NCBI GenBank assembly: GCA_964016885.1
Contig: OZ024743.1
Location: forward strand, 209,064,001 to 209,128,000
Direction: 5' to 3'
Origin: Eledone cirrhosa
Lineage: Eukaryota
Length of the DNA: 64,000 bases
Part shown: one piece after another, positions 24,401 through 39,700 of the stretch
Position numbering within the stretch: the stretch's first letter is position 1
How the letters are laid out: every line of letters begins with the position of its first letter
The notes under the pieces: model-generated
Database searches by the model: none
Seen by the model: the letters and a program-made list of their open reading frames with translations, nothing else
What the model was told of the DNA's origin: nothing
Made by a program: the position numbers and the translations under genes

Positions 24401-27400
24401 ACTCCATAAGATATACCACAGTTTACCATCATATAGCCACACATGAAAGCTCTTCACTCCATAAGGTATACCACAGTTTACCATCCTATAGCCAGATGAA
24501 AGCTCTTCACTCCATAAGATATACCAGTTTACCATCCTATAGCCACGCATGAAAGCTCTTCACTCCATAAGATATACCACAGTTTACCATCCAATAGCCA
24601 CACATGAAATCTCTTCACTCCATAAGATATACCACAGTTTACCATCCTATAGCCACACATGAAAGCTCTTCACTCCATAAGATATACCACAGTTTACCAA
24701 CCTATAGCCAGATGAAAGCTTTTCAATCCATAAGATATACCACAGTTTACCATCCTATAGCCACAAATGAAATCTCTTCACTCCATAAGATATACCACAG
24801 TTTACCATCCTATAGCCACACATGAAAGCTCTTCACTCCATAAGATATACCACAGTTTACCATCCTATAGCCACACAAAAGCTCTTCACTCCATAAGATA
24901 TACCACAGTTTACCATCCTATGGCCACAGATGAAAGCTCTTCACTCCATAAGATATACCACAGTTTACCATCCTATAGCCACATATGAAAGTTCTTCACT
25001 CCATAAGATATACCACAGTTTACCATCCTATAGCCACATATGAAAGCTCTTCACTCCATAAGATATACCACAGTTTACCATCCTATGGCCACACATGAAA
25101 GCTCTTCACTCCATGAGATATACCACAGTTTACCATCCTATAGCCACACATGGAAGCTCTTCACTCCATAAGATATACCACAGTTTACCATCCTATAGCC
25201 ACACATGAAAGCTCTTCACTCCATAAGATATACCACAGTTTACCATCATATAGCCACAGATGAAATCTCTTCACTCCATAAGATATAACACAGTTTACCA
25301 TCCTATGGCAAGAGATGAAAGCTTTTCACTCCATAAGATATACCACAGTTTACCATCCTATAGCCACACATGAAAGCTGTTCACTCCATAAGATATACCA
25401 CAGTTTACCATCCTATAGCCACACATGAAAGCTCTTCACTCCATGAGATATACCACAGTTTACCATCCTATAGCCACACATGGAAGCTCTTCACTCCATA
25501 AGATATACCACAGTTTACCATCATATAGCCACACATGAAAGCTCTTCACTCCATAAGATATACCACAGTTTACCATCCTATAGCCATAGATGAAAGCTCT
25601 TCACTCCATAAGATATACGACAGTTTACCATCCTATAGCTAGATGAAAGCTTTTCACTCCATAAGATATACCACAGTTTACCATCCTATGCCCACAGATG
25701 AAAGCTCTTCATTCCATAAGATATACCACAGTTTACCATCCTATAGCCACACATGAAAGCTCTTCACTCCATAAGATATACCACAGTTTACCATCCTATG
25801 GCCACAGATGAAAGCTCTTCACTCCATAAGATATACCACAGTTTACCACCCTAAGGCCACAGATGAAAGCTCTTCACTCCATAAGATATACCACAGTTTA
25901 CCATCCTATGGCCAGAGATGAAAGCTCTTCACTCCATAAGATATACCACAGTTTACCATCCTATAGCCACACATGAAAGCTCTTCACTCCATAAGATATA
26001 CCACAGTTTACCATCATATAGCCACAGATGAAATCTCTTCACTCCATAAGATATAACACAGTTTACCATCCTATGGCAAGAGATGAAAGCTCTTCTCTCC
26101 ATAAGATATACCACAGTTTACCATCCTATAGCCACACATGAAAGCTGTTCACGCCATAAGATATACCACAGTTTACCATCCTATAGCCACACATGAAAGC
26201 TCTTCACTCCATAAGATATACCACAGTTTACCATCCTATAGCCACACATGGAAGCTCTTCACTCCATGAGATATACCACAGTTTACCATCATATAGCCAC
26301 ACATGAAAGCTCTTCACTCCATAAGAGATACCACAGTTTACCATCCTATAGCCATAGAGGAAAGCTCTTCACTCCATAAGATATACGACAGTTTACCATC
26401 CTATAGCCAGATGAAAGCTTTTCACTCCATAAGATATACCACAGTTTACCATCCTATGCCCACAGATGAAAGCTCTTCACTCCATAAGATATACCACAGT
26501 TTACCATCCTATAGCCACACATGAAAGCTCTTCACTCCATAAGATATACCACAGTTTACCATCCTATGGCCACAGATGAAAGCTCTTCACTCCATAAGAT
26601 ATACCACAATTTACCACCCTATGGCCAAAGATGAAAGCTCTTCACTCCATAAGATATACCACAGTTTACCATCCTATAGCTACGCCACGGATGAAAGCTC
26701 TTCACTCCATAAGATATACCACAGTTTACAATCCTATAGCCACAGATGAAAGCTCTTCACTCTATAAGATATACCACAGATTACCATCTTATAGTCACAC
26801 ATGAAAGCTCTTCACTCCATAAGATATACCACAGTTTACCATCCTATAGCCAGATGAAAGCTCTTCACTCCATAAGATATACCACAGTTTACCATCCTAT
26901 AGCCACAGATGATAGCTCTTCACTCCATAAGATAAACCACAGTTTACCATCCTATAGCCACAGATGAAAGATGTTCACTCCATAAGATATACCACAGTTT
27001 ACCATCCGATAGCCACACATGAAAGCTCTTCACTCCATAAGATATACCACAGTTTACCATCCTATAACCAGATGAAAGTTCTTCACTCCATAAGATATAC
27101 CACAGTTTACCATCCTGTAGCCACACATGAAAGCTCTTCACTCCATAAGATATACCACACTTTACCATCCTATGGCCACAGATGAAAGCTCTTCACTCCA
27201 TAAGATATACCACAGTTTACCATCCTATAGCCACACATGAAAGCTCTTCACTCCATAAGATATACCACAGTTTACCATCATATAGCCACAGATGAAATCT
27301 CTTCACTCCATAAGATATACCACAGTTTACCATCCTATAGCCACACATCAAAGCTCTTCACTCCATAAGATATACCACAGTTTACCATCCTATAGCCAGA

Positions 27401-27500
27401 TGAAAGTTCTTCACTCCATAAGATATACCACAGTTTACCATCCTATAGCCACAGATGATAGCTCTTCACTCCATAAGATAAACCACAGTTTACCATCCTA
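19300..27500. repeat. Tandem duplication, ~4.2-kb unit
   Basis: 19575/19793/20445/20608 recur at +4159. 22089/22532/22750/23078 recur at +4214 (one extra monomer). Private variants ATAAGAGATACC, CATAGAGGAAAG and GCTACGCCACGG are present in both copies. Confidence 0.85.
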
Positions 27501-30500
27501 TAGCCACAGATGAAAGCTCTTCACTCCATAAGATATACCACAGTTTACCATCCTATAGCCACAGATGAAAGCTATTCACTCCATAAGATATACCACATTT
27601 TACCATCCTATAGCCACACATGAAAGATCTTCACTCCATAAGATATACCACAGTTTACCATCCTATAGCCACACATGGAAGCTCTTCACTCCATAAGATA
27701 TACCACAGTTTACCATCCTATAGGCTCAGATGAAAGCTCTTCACTCCATAAGATATACCACAGTTTACCATCCTATAGCCACAGATGAAAGCTCTTCACT
27801 CCATAACATATACCACACTTTACCATCCTATAGCCACACATGAGCTCTTCACTCCATAAGATATACCACAGTTTACCATCCTATAGCCACACATGAAAGC
27901 TCTTCACTCCATAAGATATACCACAGTTTACCATCCTATAGCCAGATGAAAGCTTTTCAATCCATAAGATATACCACAGTTTACCATCCTATAGCCACAC
28001 ATGAAAGCTCTTCACTCTATAAGATATACCACAGTTTACCATCCTATAGCCACACATGAAAGCTCTTCACTCCATAAGATATACCACAGTTTACCATCCT
28101 ATAGCCACACATGAAAGCTCTTCACTCCATAAGATATACCACAGTTTACCATCCTATAGCCACACATGAAAGTTCTTAACTCCATAAGATATACCACAGT
28201 TTACCATCCTATAGCCACACATGAAAACTCTTCACTCCATAAGATATACCACAGTTTACCATCCTATGGCCAGAGATGAAAGCTCTTCACTCCATAAGAT
28301 ATACAACAGTTTACCATCCTATAGCCACAGATGAAAGCTCTTCACTCCATAAGATATACCACAGTTTACCATCCTATAGCCACAGATGAAAGCTGTTCAC
28401 TCCATAAGATATACCACAGTTTACCATCATATAGCCACAGATGAAATCTCTTCACTCCATAAGATATAACACAGTTTACCATCCTATGGCCAGAGATGAA
28501 ATCTCTTCACTCCATAAGATATACCACAGTTTACCATCCTATAGCCACACATGAAAGCTGTTCACTCCATAAGATATACCACAGTTTACCATCCTATAGC
28601 CATAGATGAAAGCTCTTCACTCCATAAGATATACGACAGTTTACCAGCCTATAGCCAGATGAAAGCTCTTAAATCCATAAGATATACCACAGTTTACCAT
28701 CCTATAGCCACACATGAAAGCTCTTCACTCGATAAGATATACCACAGTTTACCATCATATAGCCACACATGAAAGCTCTTCACTCCATAAGATATACCAC
28801 AGTTTACCATTCTATAGACACAGATGAAAGCTCTTCACTCCATAAGATATACCACAGTTTACTATCCTATAGCCAGATGAAAGCTTTTCACTCCATCAGA
28901 TATACCACAGTTTACCATCCTATGCCCACAGATGAAAGCTCTTCTCTCCATAAGAAATACCACAGTTTACCATCCTATAGCCACACATGAAAGCTCTTCA
29001 CTCCATAAGATATACCACCGTTTACCATCCTATGGCCACAGATGAAAGCTCTTCACTCCATAAGATATACCACAGTTTACCACCCTATGGCCACAGATGA
29101 AAGCTCTTCACTCCATAAGATATACAAAAGTTTACCATCCTATAGCCACACCACGGATGAAAGCTCTTCACTCCATAAGATATACCACAGTTTACCATCC
29201 TATAGACACAGATGAAGGTTCTTCACTCTATAAGATATACCACAGTTTACCATCTTATAGTCACACATGAAAGCTCTTCACTCCATAAGATATACCACAG
29301 TTTACCATCCTATAGCCAGATGAAAGCTCTTCACTCCATAAGATATACCACAGTTTACCATCCTATAGCCACAGATGATAGCTCTTCACTCCATAAGATA
29401 AACCACAGTTTACCATCCTATAGGCTCAGATGAAAGCTCTTCACTCCATAAGATATACCACAGTTTACCATCCTATAGCCACAGATGAAAGCTCTTCACT
29501 CCATTACATATACCACACTTTACCATCCTATAGCCACACATGAGCTCTTCACTCCATAAGATATACCACAGTTTACCATCCTATAGCCACACATGAAAGC
29601 TCTTCACTCCATAAGATATACCACAGTTTACCATCCTATAGCCAGATGAAAGCTTTTCAATCCATAAGATATACCACAGTTTACCATCCTATAGCCACAC
29701 ATGAAAGCTCTTCACTCCATAAGATATACCACAGTTTACCATCCTATAGTCACACATGAAAGCTCTTCACTCCATAAGATATACCACAGTTTACCATCCT
29801 ATAGCCAGATGAAAGCTCTTCACTCCATAAGATATACCACAGTTTACCATCCTATAGCCACAGATGATAGCTCTTCACTCCATAAGATAAACCACAGTTT
29901 ACCATCCTATAGCCACAGATGAAAGCTGTTCACTCCATAAGATATACCACAGTTTACCATCCGATAGCCACACATGAAAGCTCTTCACTCCATAAGATAT
30001 ACCACACTTTACCATCCTATGGCCACAGATGAAAGCTCTTCACTCCATAAGATATACCACAGTTTACCATCCTATAGCCACACATGAAAGCTCTTCACTC
30101 CATAAGATATACCACAGTTTACCATCATATAGCCACAGATGAAATCTCTTCACTCCATAAGATATACCACAGTTTACCATCCTATAGCCACACATCAAAG
30201 CTCTTCACTCCATAAGATATACCACAGTTTACCATCCTATAGCCAGATGAAAGCTCTTCACTCCATAAGATATACCACAGTTTACCATCCTATAGCCACA
30301 GATGATAGCTCTTCACTCCATAAGATAAACCACATTTTACCATCCTATAGCCACACATGAAAGATCTTCACTCCATAAGATATACCACAGTTTACCATCC
30401 TATAGCCACACATGGAAGCTCTTCACTCCATAAGATATACCACAGTTTACCATCCTATAGGCTCAGATGAAAGCTCTTCACTCCATAAGATATACCACAG

Positions 30501-33500
30501 TTTACCATCCTATAGCCACAGATGAAAGCTCTTCACTCCATAACATATACCACACTTTACCATCCTATAGCCACACATGAGCTCTTCACTCCATAAGATA
30601 TACCACAGTTTACCATCCTATAGCCACACATGAAAGCTCTTCACTCCATAAGATATACCACAGTTTACCATCCTATAGCCACACATGAAAGCTCTTCACT
30701 CTATAAGATATACCACAGTTTACCATCCTATAGCCACACATGAAAGCTCTTCACTCCATAAGATATACCACAGTTTACCATCCTATAGCCACACATGAAA
30801 GCTCTTCACTCCATAAGATATACCACAGTTTACCATCCTATAGCCACACATGAAAGTTCTTAACTCCATAAGATATACCACAGTTTACCATCCTATAGCC
30901 ACACATGAAAACTCTTCACTCCATAAGATATACCACAGTTTACCATCCTATGGCCAGAGATGAAAGCTCTTCACTCCATAAGATATACCACAGTTTACCA
31001 TCATATAGCCACAGATGAAAGCTCTTCACTCCATAAGATATACCACAGTTTACCATCCTATAGCCACAGATGAAAGCTGTTCACTCCATAAGATATACCA
31101 CAGTTTACCATCCGATAGCCACACATGAAAGCTCTTCACTCCATAAGATATACCACAGTTTACCATCCGATAGCCACACATGAAAGCTCTTCACTCCATA
31201 AGATATAACACAGTTTACCATCCTATGGCCAGAGATGAAATCTCTTCACTCCATAAGATATACCACAGTTTGCCATCCTATAGCCACACATGAAAGCTGT
31301 TCACTCCATAAGATATACCACAGTTTACCATCCTATAGCCATAGATGAAAGCTCTTCACTCCATAAGATATACGACAGTTTACCATCCTATAGCCAGATG
31401 AAAGCTCTTAAATCCATAAGATATACCACAGTTTACCATCCTATAGCCACATATGAAAGCTCTTCACTCCATAAGATATACCACAGTTTACCATCATATA
31501 GCCACACATGAAAGCTTTTCACTCCATAAGATATACCACAGTTTACCATTCTATAGACACAGATGAAAGCTCTTCACTCCATAAGATATACCACAGTTTA
31601 CTATCCTATAGCCAGATGAAAGCTTTTCACTCCATCAGATATACCACAGTTTACCATCCTATGCCCACAGATGAAAGCTCTTCACTCCATAAGAAATACC
31701 ACAGTTTACCATCCTATAGCCACACATGAAAGCTCTTCACTCCATAAGATATACCACCGTTTACCATCCTATGGCCACAGATGAAAGCTCTTCACTCCAT
31801 AAGATATACCACAGTTTACCATCCTATAGACACAGATGAAAGCTCTTCACTCTATAAGATATACCACAGTTTACCATCTTATAGTCACACATGAAAGCTC
31901 TTCACTCCATAAGATATACCACAGTTTACCATCCTATAGCCAGATGAAAGCTCTTCACTCCATAAGATATACCACAGTTTACCATCCTATAGCCACAGAT
32001 GATAGCTCTTCACTCCATAAGATCAACCACAGTTTACCATCCTATAGCCACAGATGAAAGCTCTTCACTCCATAAGATATACCACAGTTTACCATCCTAT
32101 AGCCACAGATGAAAGCTGTTCACTCCATAAGATATACCACATTTTACCATCCTATAGCCACACATGAAAGTTCTTCACTCCATAAGATATACCACAGTTT
32201 ACCATCCTATAGCCACACATGAAAGCTCTTCACTCCAAAATATATACCACAGTTTACCATCCTATAGCCAGATGAAAGCTCTTCACTCCATAAGATATAC
32301 CACAGTTTACCATCCTATAGCCATGCATGAAAGCTCTTCACTCCATAAGATATACCACAGTTTACCATCCTATAGCCACACATGAAAGCTCTTCACTCCA
32401 TAAGATATACCACAGTTTACCATCCTATAACCACAGATGAAAGCTCTTCACTCCATAAGATATACCACAGTTTACCATCCTATAGCCACAGATGAAAGCT
32501 GTTCACTCCATAAGATATACCACAGTTTACCATCCGATAGCCACACATGAAAGCTCTTCACTCCATAAGATATACCACAGTTTACCATCCTATAGCCAGA
32601 TGAAAGTTCTTCACTCCATAAGATATACCACAGTTTACCATCCTATAGCCACACATGAAAGCTCTTCACTCCATAAGATATACCACAGTTTACCATCCTA
32701 TGGCCACAGATGAAAGCTGTTCACTCCATAAGATATACCACAGTTTACCATACTATAGCCACACATGGAAGCTCTTCACTCCATAAGATATACCACAGTT
32801 TACCATCCTATAGCCACACATGAAAGCTCTTCACTCCATAAGATATACCACAGTTTACCATCCTATGGCCACAGATGAAAGCTCTTCACTCCATAAGATA
32901 TACCACAGTTTACCATCCTATAGCCAGATGAAAGTTCTTCACTCCATAAGATATACCACAGTTTACCATCCTATAGCCACACATGAAAGCTCTTCACTCC
33001 ATAAGATATACCACAGTTTACCATCCTATGGCCACAGATGAAAGCTCTTCACTCCATAAGATATACCACAGTTTACCATCCTATAGCCACACATGGAAGC
33101 TCTTAACTCCATAAGATATACCACAGTTTACCATCCTATAGCCACACATGAAAGCTCTTCACTCCATAAGATATACCACAGTTTACCATCCTATAGCCAG
33201 ATGAAAGTTCTTCACTCCATAAGATATACCACAGTTTACCATCCTATAGCCATGCATGAAAGCTCTTCACTCCATAAGATATACCACAGTTTACCATCCT
33301 ATAGCCACACATGAAAGCTCTTCACTCCATAACATATACCACAGTTTACCATCCTATAGTCACACATGAGAGCTCTTCACTCCATAAGATATACCACAGT
33401 TTACCATCCTATAGCCACACATGAAAGCTCTTCACTCCATAAGATATACCACAGTTTACCATCCTATAGGCTCAGATGAAAGCTCTTCACTCCATAAGAT

Positions 33501-33649
33501 ATACCACAGTTTACCATCCTATAGCCACACATGAAAGCTCTTCACTCCATAAGATATACCACAGTTTACCATCCTATAGCCACAGATGAAAGCTCTTCAC
33601 TCCATAAGATATACCACAGTTTACCATCCTATAGCCACACATGAAAGCT

Positions 33650-35070
33650 CTTCACTCCATAAGATATACCACAGTTTACCATCCTATAGCCACACATGAA
33701 AGCTCTTCACTCCATAAGATATACCACAGTTTACCATCCTATAGCCACACATGAGCTCTTCACTCCATAAGATATACCACAGTTTACCATCCTATAGCCA
33801 CACATGAAAGCTCTTCACTCCATAAGATATACCACAGTTTACCATTCTATAGCCAGATGAAAGCTTTTCAATACATAAGATATACCACAGTTTACCATCC
33901 TATAGCCACACATGAAAGCTCTTCATACCATAAGATATACCACAGTTTACCATCCTATAGCCAGATGAAAGCTCTTCACTCCATAAGATATACCACAGTT
34001 TACCATCCTATAGCCACGCATGAAAGCTCTTCACTCCATAAGATATACCACAGTTTACCTTCCCACAGCCACACATGAAATCTTTTAACTCCATAAGATA
34101 TACCACAGTTTACCATCCTATAGCCACAGATGAAAGCTGTTCACTCCATAAGATATACCATAGTTTACCATCCTATAGCCACAGATGAAAGCTCTTCACT
34201 CCATAACATATACCACACTTTACCATCCTATAGCCACACATGAGCTCTTCACTCCATAAGATATACCACAGTTTACCATCCTATAGCCACACATGAAAGC
34301 TCTTCACTCCATAAGATATACCAGAGTTTACCATCCTATAGGCACAGATGAAAGCTCTTCACTCCATAAGATATACCACAGTTTACCATCCTATAGCCAC
34401 ACATGAAAGCTCTTCACTCCATAAGATATACCACAGTTTACCATCCTATAGCCACACATGAGCTCTTCACTCCATAAGATATACCACAGTTTACCATCCT
34501 ATAGCCACACATGAAAGCTCTTCACTCCATAAGATATACCACAGTTTACCATTCTATAGCCAGATGAAAGCTTTTCAATACATAAGATATACCACAGTTT
34601 ACCATCCTATAGCCACACATGAAAGCTCTTCATACCATAAGATATACCACAGTTTACCATCCTATAGCCAGATGAAAGCTCTTCACTCCATAAGATATAC
34701 CACAGTTTACCATCCTATAGCCACGCATGAAAGCTCTTCACTCCATAAGATATACCACAGTTTACCTTCCCACAGCCACACATGAAATCTTTTAACTCCA
34801 TAAGATATACCACAGTTTACCATCCTATAGCCACAGATGAAAGCTGTTCACTCCATAAGATATACCATAGTTTACCATCCTATAGCCACAGATGAAAGCT
34901 CTTCACTCCATAACATATACCACACTTTACCATCCTATAGCCACACATGAGCTCTTCACTCCATAAGATATACCACAGTTTACCATCCTATAGCCACACA
35001 TGAAAGCTCTTCACTCCATAAGATATACCAGAGTTTACCATCCTATAGGCACAGATGAAAGCTCTTCACT
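33650..35070. repeat. Local tandem duplication, 707-bp unit (13 monomers)
   Basis: ORF 33857 repeats at 34564 (+707). The variant TTCCCACAGCC appears twice here but once in the macro-duplicate (~57370). Confidence 0.82.
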
Positions 35071-36779
35071 CCATAAGTTATACCACAGTTTACCATCCTA
35101 TAGCCACAGATGAAAGCTCTTCACTCCATAACATATACCACAGTTTACCATCCTATAGCCACACATGAGAGCTCTTCACTCCATAAGATATACCTCAGTT
35201 TACCATCCTATAGCCACAGATGATAGCTCTTCACTCCATAAGATAAACCACAGTTTACCATCCTATAGCCACAGATGAAAGCTGTTCACTCCATAAGATA
35301 TACCACAGTTTACCATCCGATAGCCACACATGAAAGCTCTTCACTCCATAAGATATACCACAGTTTACCATCCTATAACCAGATGAAAGTTCTTCACTCC
35401 ATAAGATATACCACAGTTTACCATCCTATAGCCACACATGAAAGCTCTTCACTCCATAAGATATACCACACTTTACCATCCTATGGCCACAGATGAAAGC
35501 TCTTCACTCCATAAGATATACCACAGTTTACCATCCTATAGCCACACATGAAAGCTCTTCACTCCATAAGATATACCACAGTTTACCATCATATAGCCAC
35601 AGATGAAATCTCTTCACTCCATAAGATATACCACAATTTACCATCCTATAGCCACACATCAAAGCTCTTCACTCCATAAGATATACCACAGTTTACCATC
35701 CTATAGCCAGATGAAAGCTCTTCACTCCATAAGATATACCACAGTTTACCATCCTATAGCCACAGATGATAGCTCTTCACTCCATAAGATAAACCACAGT
35801 TTACCATCCTATAGCCACAGATGAAAGCTCTTCACTCCATAAGATATACCACAGTTTACCATCCTATAGCCACAGATGAAAGCTATTCACTACATAAGAT
35901 ATACCACATTTTACCATCCTATAGCCACACATGAAAGATCTTCACTCCATAAGATATACCACAGTTTACCATCCTATAGCCACACATGGAAGCTCTTCAC
36001 TCCATAAGATATACCACAGTTTACCATCCTATAGGCTCAGATGAAAGCTCTTCACTCCATAAGATATACCACAGTTTACCATCCTATAGCCACAGATGAA
36101 AGCTCTTCACTCCATAACATATACCACAGTTTACCATCCTATAGCCACACATGAAAGTTCTTAACTCCATAAGATATACCACAGTTTACCATCCTATAGC
36201 CACACATGAAATCTCTTCACTCCATAAGATATACCACAGTTTACCATCCTATGGCCAGAGATGAAAGCTCTTCACTCCATAAGATATACCACAGTTTACC
36301 ATCCTATAGCCACAGATGAAAGCTCTTCACTCCATAAGATATACCACAGTTTACCATCCTATAGCCACAGATGAAAGCTGTTCACTCCATAAGATATACC
36401 ACAGTTTACCATCCGATAGCCACACATGAAAGCTCTTCACTCCATAAGATATACCACAGTTTACCATCATATAGCCACAGATGAAATCTCTTCACTCCAT
36501 AAGATATAACACAGTTTACCATCCTATGGCCAGAGATGAAATCTCTTCACTCCATAAGATATACCACAGTTTACCATCCTATAGCCACACATGAAAGCTG
36601 TTCACTCCATAAGATATACCACAGTTTACCATCCTATAGCCATAGATGAAAGCTCTTCACTCCATAAGATATACGACAGTTTACCATCCTATAGCCAGAT
36701 GAAAGCTCTTAAATCCATAAGATATACCACAATTTACCATCCTATAGCCACACATAAAAGCTCTTCACTCCATAAGATA

Positions 36780-39700
36780 TACCACAGTTTACCATCCTAT
36801 GGCCACAGATGAAAGCTCTTCACTCCATCAGATATAACACAGTTTACCATCCTATAGCCAGATGAAAGTTCTTCACTCCATAAGATATACCACAGTATAC
36901 CACCCTATACCACATATGAAAGCTCTTCACTCCATAAGATATACCACAGTTTACCATCCTATAGCCACAGATGAAAGCTCTTCACACCATAAGATATACC
37001 ACAGTTTACCATCCTATAGCCAGATGAAAGCTCTTCACTCCATAAGATATACCACAGTTTACCATCCTATAGCCACGCATGAAAGCTCTTCACTCCATAA
37101 GATATACCACAGTTTACCTTCCTATAGCCACACATGAAATCTTTTCACTCCATAAGATATACCAGAGTTTACCATCCTATAGCCAGAGATGAAAGCTCTT
37201 CACTCCATAAGTTATACCACAGTTTACCATCCTATAGCCACAGATGAAAGCTCTTCACTCCATAACATATACCACAGTTTACCATCCTATAGCCACACAT
37301 GAGAGCTCTTCACTCCATAAGATATACCTCAGTTTACCATCCTATAGCCACACATGAAAGCTCTTCACTCCATAAGATATACCACAGTTTACCATCCTAT
37401 AGCCAGATGAAAGCTTTTCAATCCATAAGATATACCAAAGTTTACCATCCTATAGCCACACATGAAAGCTCTTCACTCCATAAGATATACCACATTTTAC
37501 CATCCTATAGCCACACGTGAAAGCTCTTCACTCCATAAGATATACCACAATTTACCATCCTATAGCCACATATGAAAGCTGTTTACTCCATAAGATATAC
37601 CACAGTTTACCATCCGATAGCCACAGATGAAAGCTGTTCATTCCATAAGATATACCACAGTTTACCATCCGATAGCCACACATGAAAGCTCTTCACTCCA
37701 TAAGATATACCACAGTTTACCATCCTATAGCCAGATGAAAGTTCTTCACTCCATAAGATATACCACAGTTTACCATCCTATGGCCACAGATGAAAGCTCT
37801 TCACTCCATAAGATATACCACAGTTTACCATCCTATAGCCACACATGAAAGCTCTTCACTCCATAAGATATACCACAGTTTACCATCATATAGCCACAGA
37901 TGAAATCTCTTCACTCCATAAGATATAACACAGTTTACCATCCTATGGCCAGAGATGAAAGCTCTTCACTCAATAAGATATACGACAGTTTACCATCCTA
38001 TAGCCACACATGAAAGCTGTTCACTCCATAAGATATACCACAGTTTACCATCCTATAGCCATAGATGAAAGCTCTTCACTCCATAAGATATACGACAGTT
38101 TACCATCCTATAGGCAGATGAAAGCTCTTAAATCCATAAGATATACCACAGTTTACCATCCTATAGCCACACATGAAAGCTCTTCACTCCATAAGATATA
38201 CCACAGTTTACCATCATATAGCCACACATGAAAGCTCTTCACTCCATAAGATATACCACAGTTTACCATTCTATAGACACAGATGAAAGCTCTTCACTCC
38301 ATAAGATATACCACAGTTTACTATCCTATAGCCAGATGAAAGCTTTTCACTCCATAAGATATACCACAGTTTACTATCCTATGCCCACAGATGAAAGCTC
38401 TTCACTCCATAAGAAATACCACAGTTTACCATCCTATAGCCACACATGAAAGCTCTTCACTCCATAAGATATACCACCGTTTACCATCCTATGGCCACAG
38501 ATGAAAGCTCTTCACTCCATAAGATATACCACAGTTTACCACCCTATGGCCACAGATGAAAGCTCTTCATTCCATAAGATATACGAAAGTTTACCATCCT
38601 ATAACCACACCACGGATGAAAGCTCTTCACTCCATAAGATATACCACAGTTTACCATCCTATAGCCACAGATGAAAGCTCTTCACTCTATAAGATATACC
38701 ACAGTTTACCATCTTATAGTCACACATGAAAGCTCTTCACTCCATAAGATATACCACAGTTTACCATCCTATAGCCAGATGAAAGCTCTTCACTCCATAA
38801 GAAATACCACAGTTTACCATCCTATAGCCACAGATGATAGCTCTTCACTCCATAAGATAAACCACAGTTTACCATCCTATAGCCACAGATGAAAGCTCTT
38901 CACTCCATAAGATATACCACAGTTTACCATCCTATAGCCACAGATGAAAGCTATTCACTCCATAAGATATACCACATTTTACCATCCTATAGCCACACAT
39001 GAAAGTTATTCACTCCATAAGATATACCACAGTTTACCATCCTATAGCCACACATGGAAGGTCTTCACTCCATAAGATATACCACAGTTTACCATCCTAT
39101 AGGCTCAGATGAAAGCTCTTCACTCCATAAGATATACCACAGTTTACCATCCTATAGCCAGATGAAAGCTTTTCAATACATAAGATATACCACAGTTTAC
39201 CATCCTATAGCCACACATGAAAGCTCTTCACTCCATAAGATATACCACAGTTTACCATCCTATAGCCACACATGAAAGCTCTTCACTCCATAAGATATAC
39301 CACAGTTTACCATCCTATAGCCACACATGAAAGCTCTTCACTCCATAAGATATACCACAGTTTACCATCCTATAGCCACAGATGAAAGCTCTTCACTCCA
39401 TAAGATATACCACAGTTTACCATCCTATAGCCACACATGAAAGCTCTTCACTCCATAAGATATACCACAGTTTACCATCCTATAGCCACACATGAAAGCT
39501 CTTCACTCCATAAGATATACCACAGTTTACCATCCTATAGCCACACATGAGCTCTTCACTCCATAAGATATACCACAGTTTACCATCCTATAGCCACACA
39601 TGAAAGCTCTTCACTCCATAAGATATACCACAGTTTACCATCCTATAGCCAGATGAAAGCTTTTCAATACATAAGATATACCACAGTTTACCATCCTATA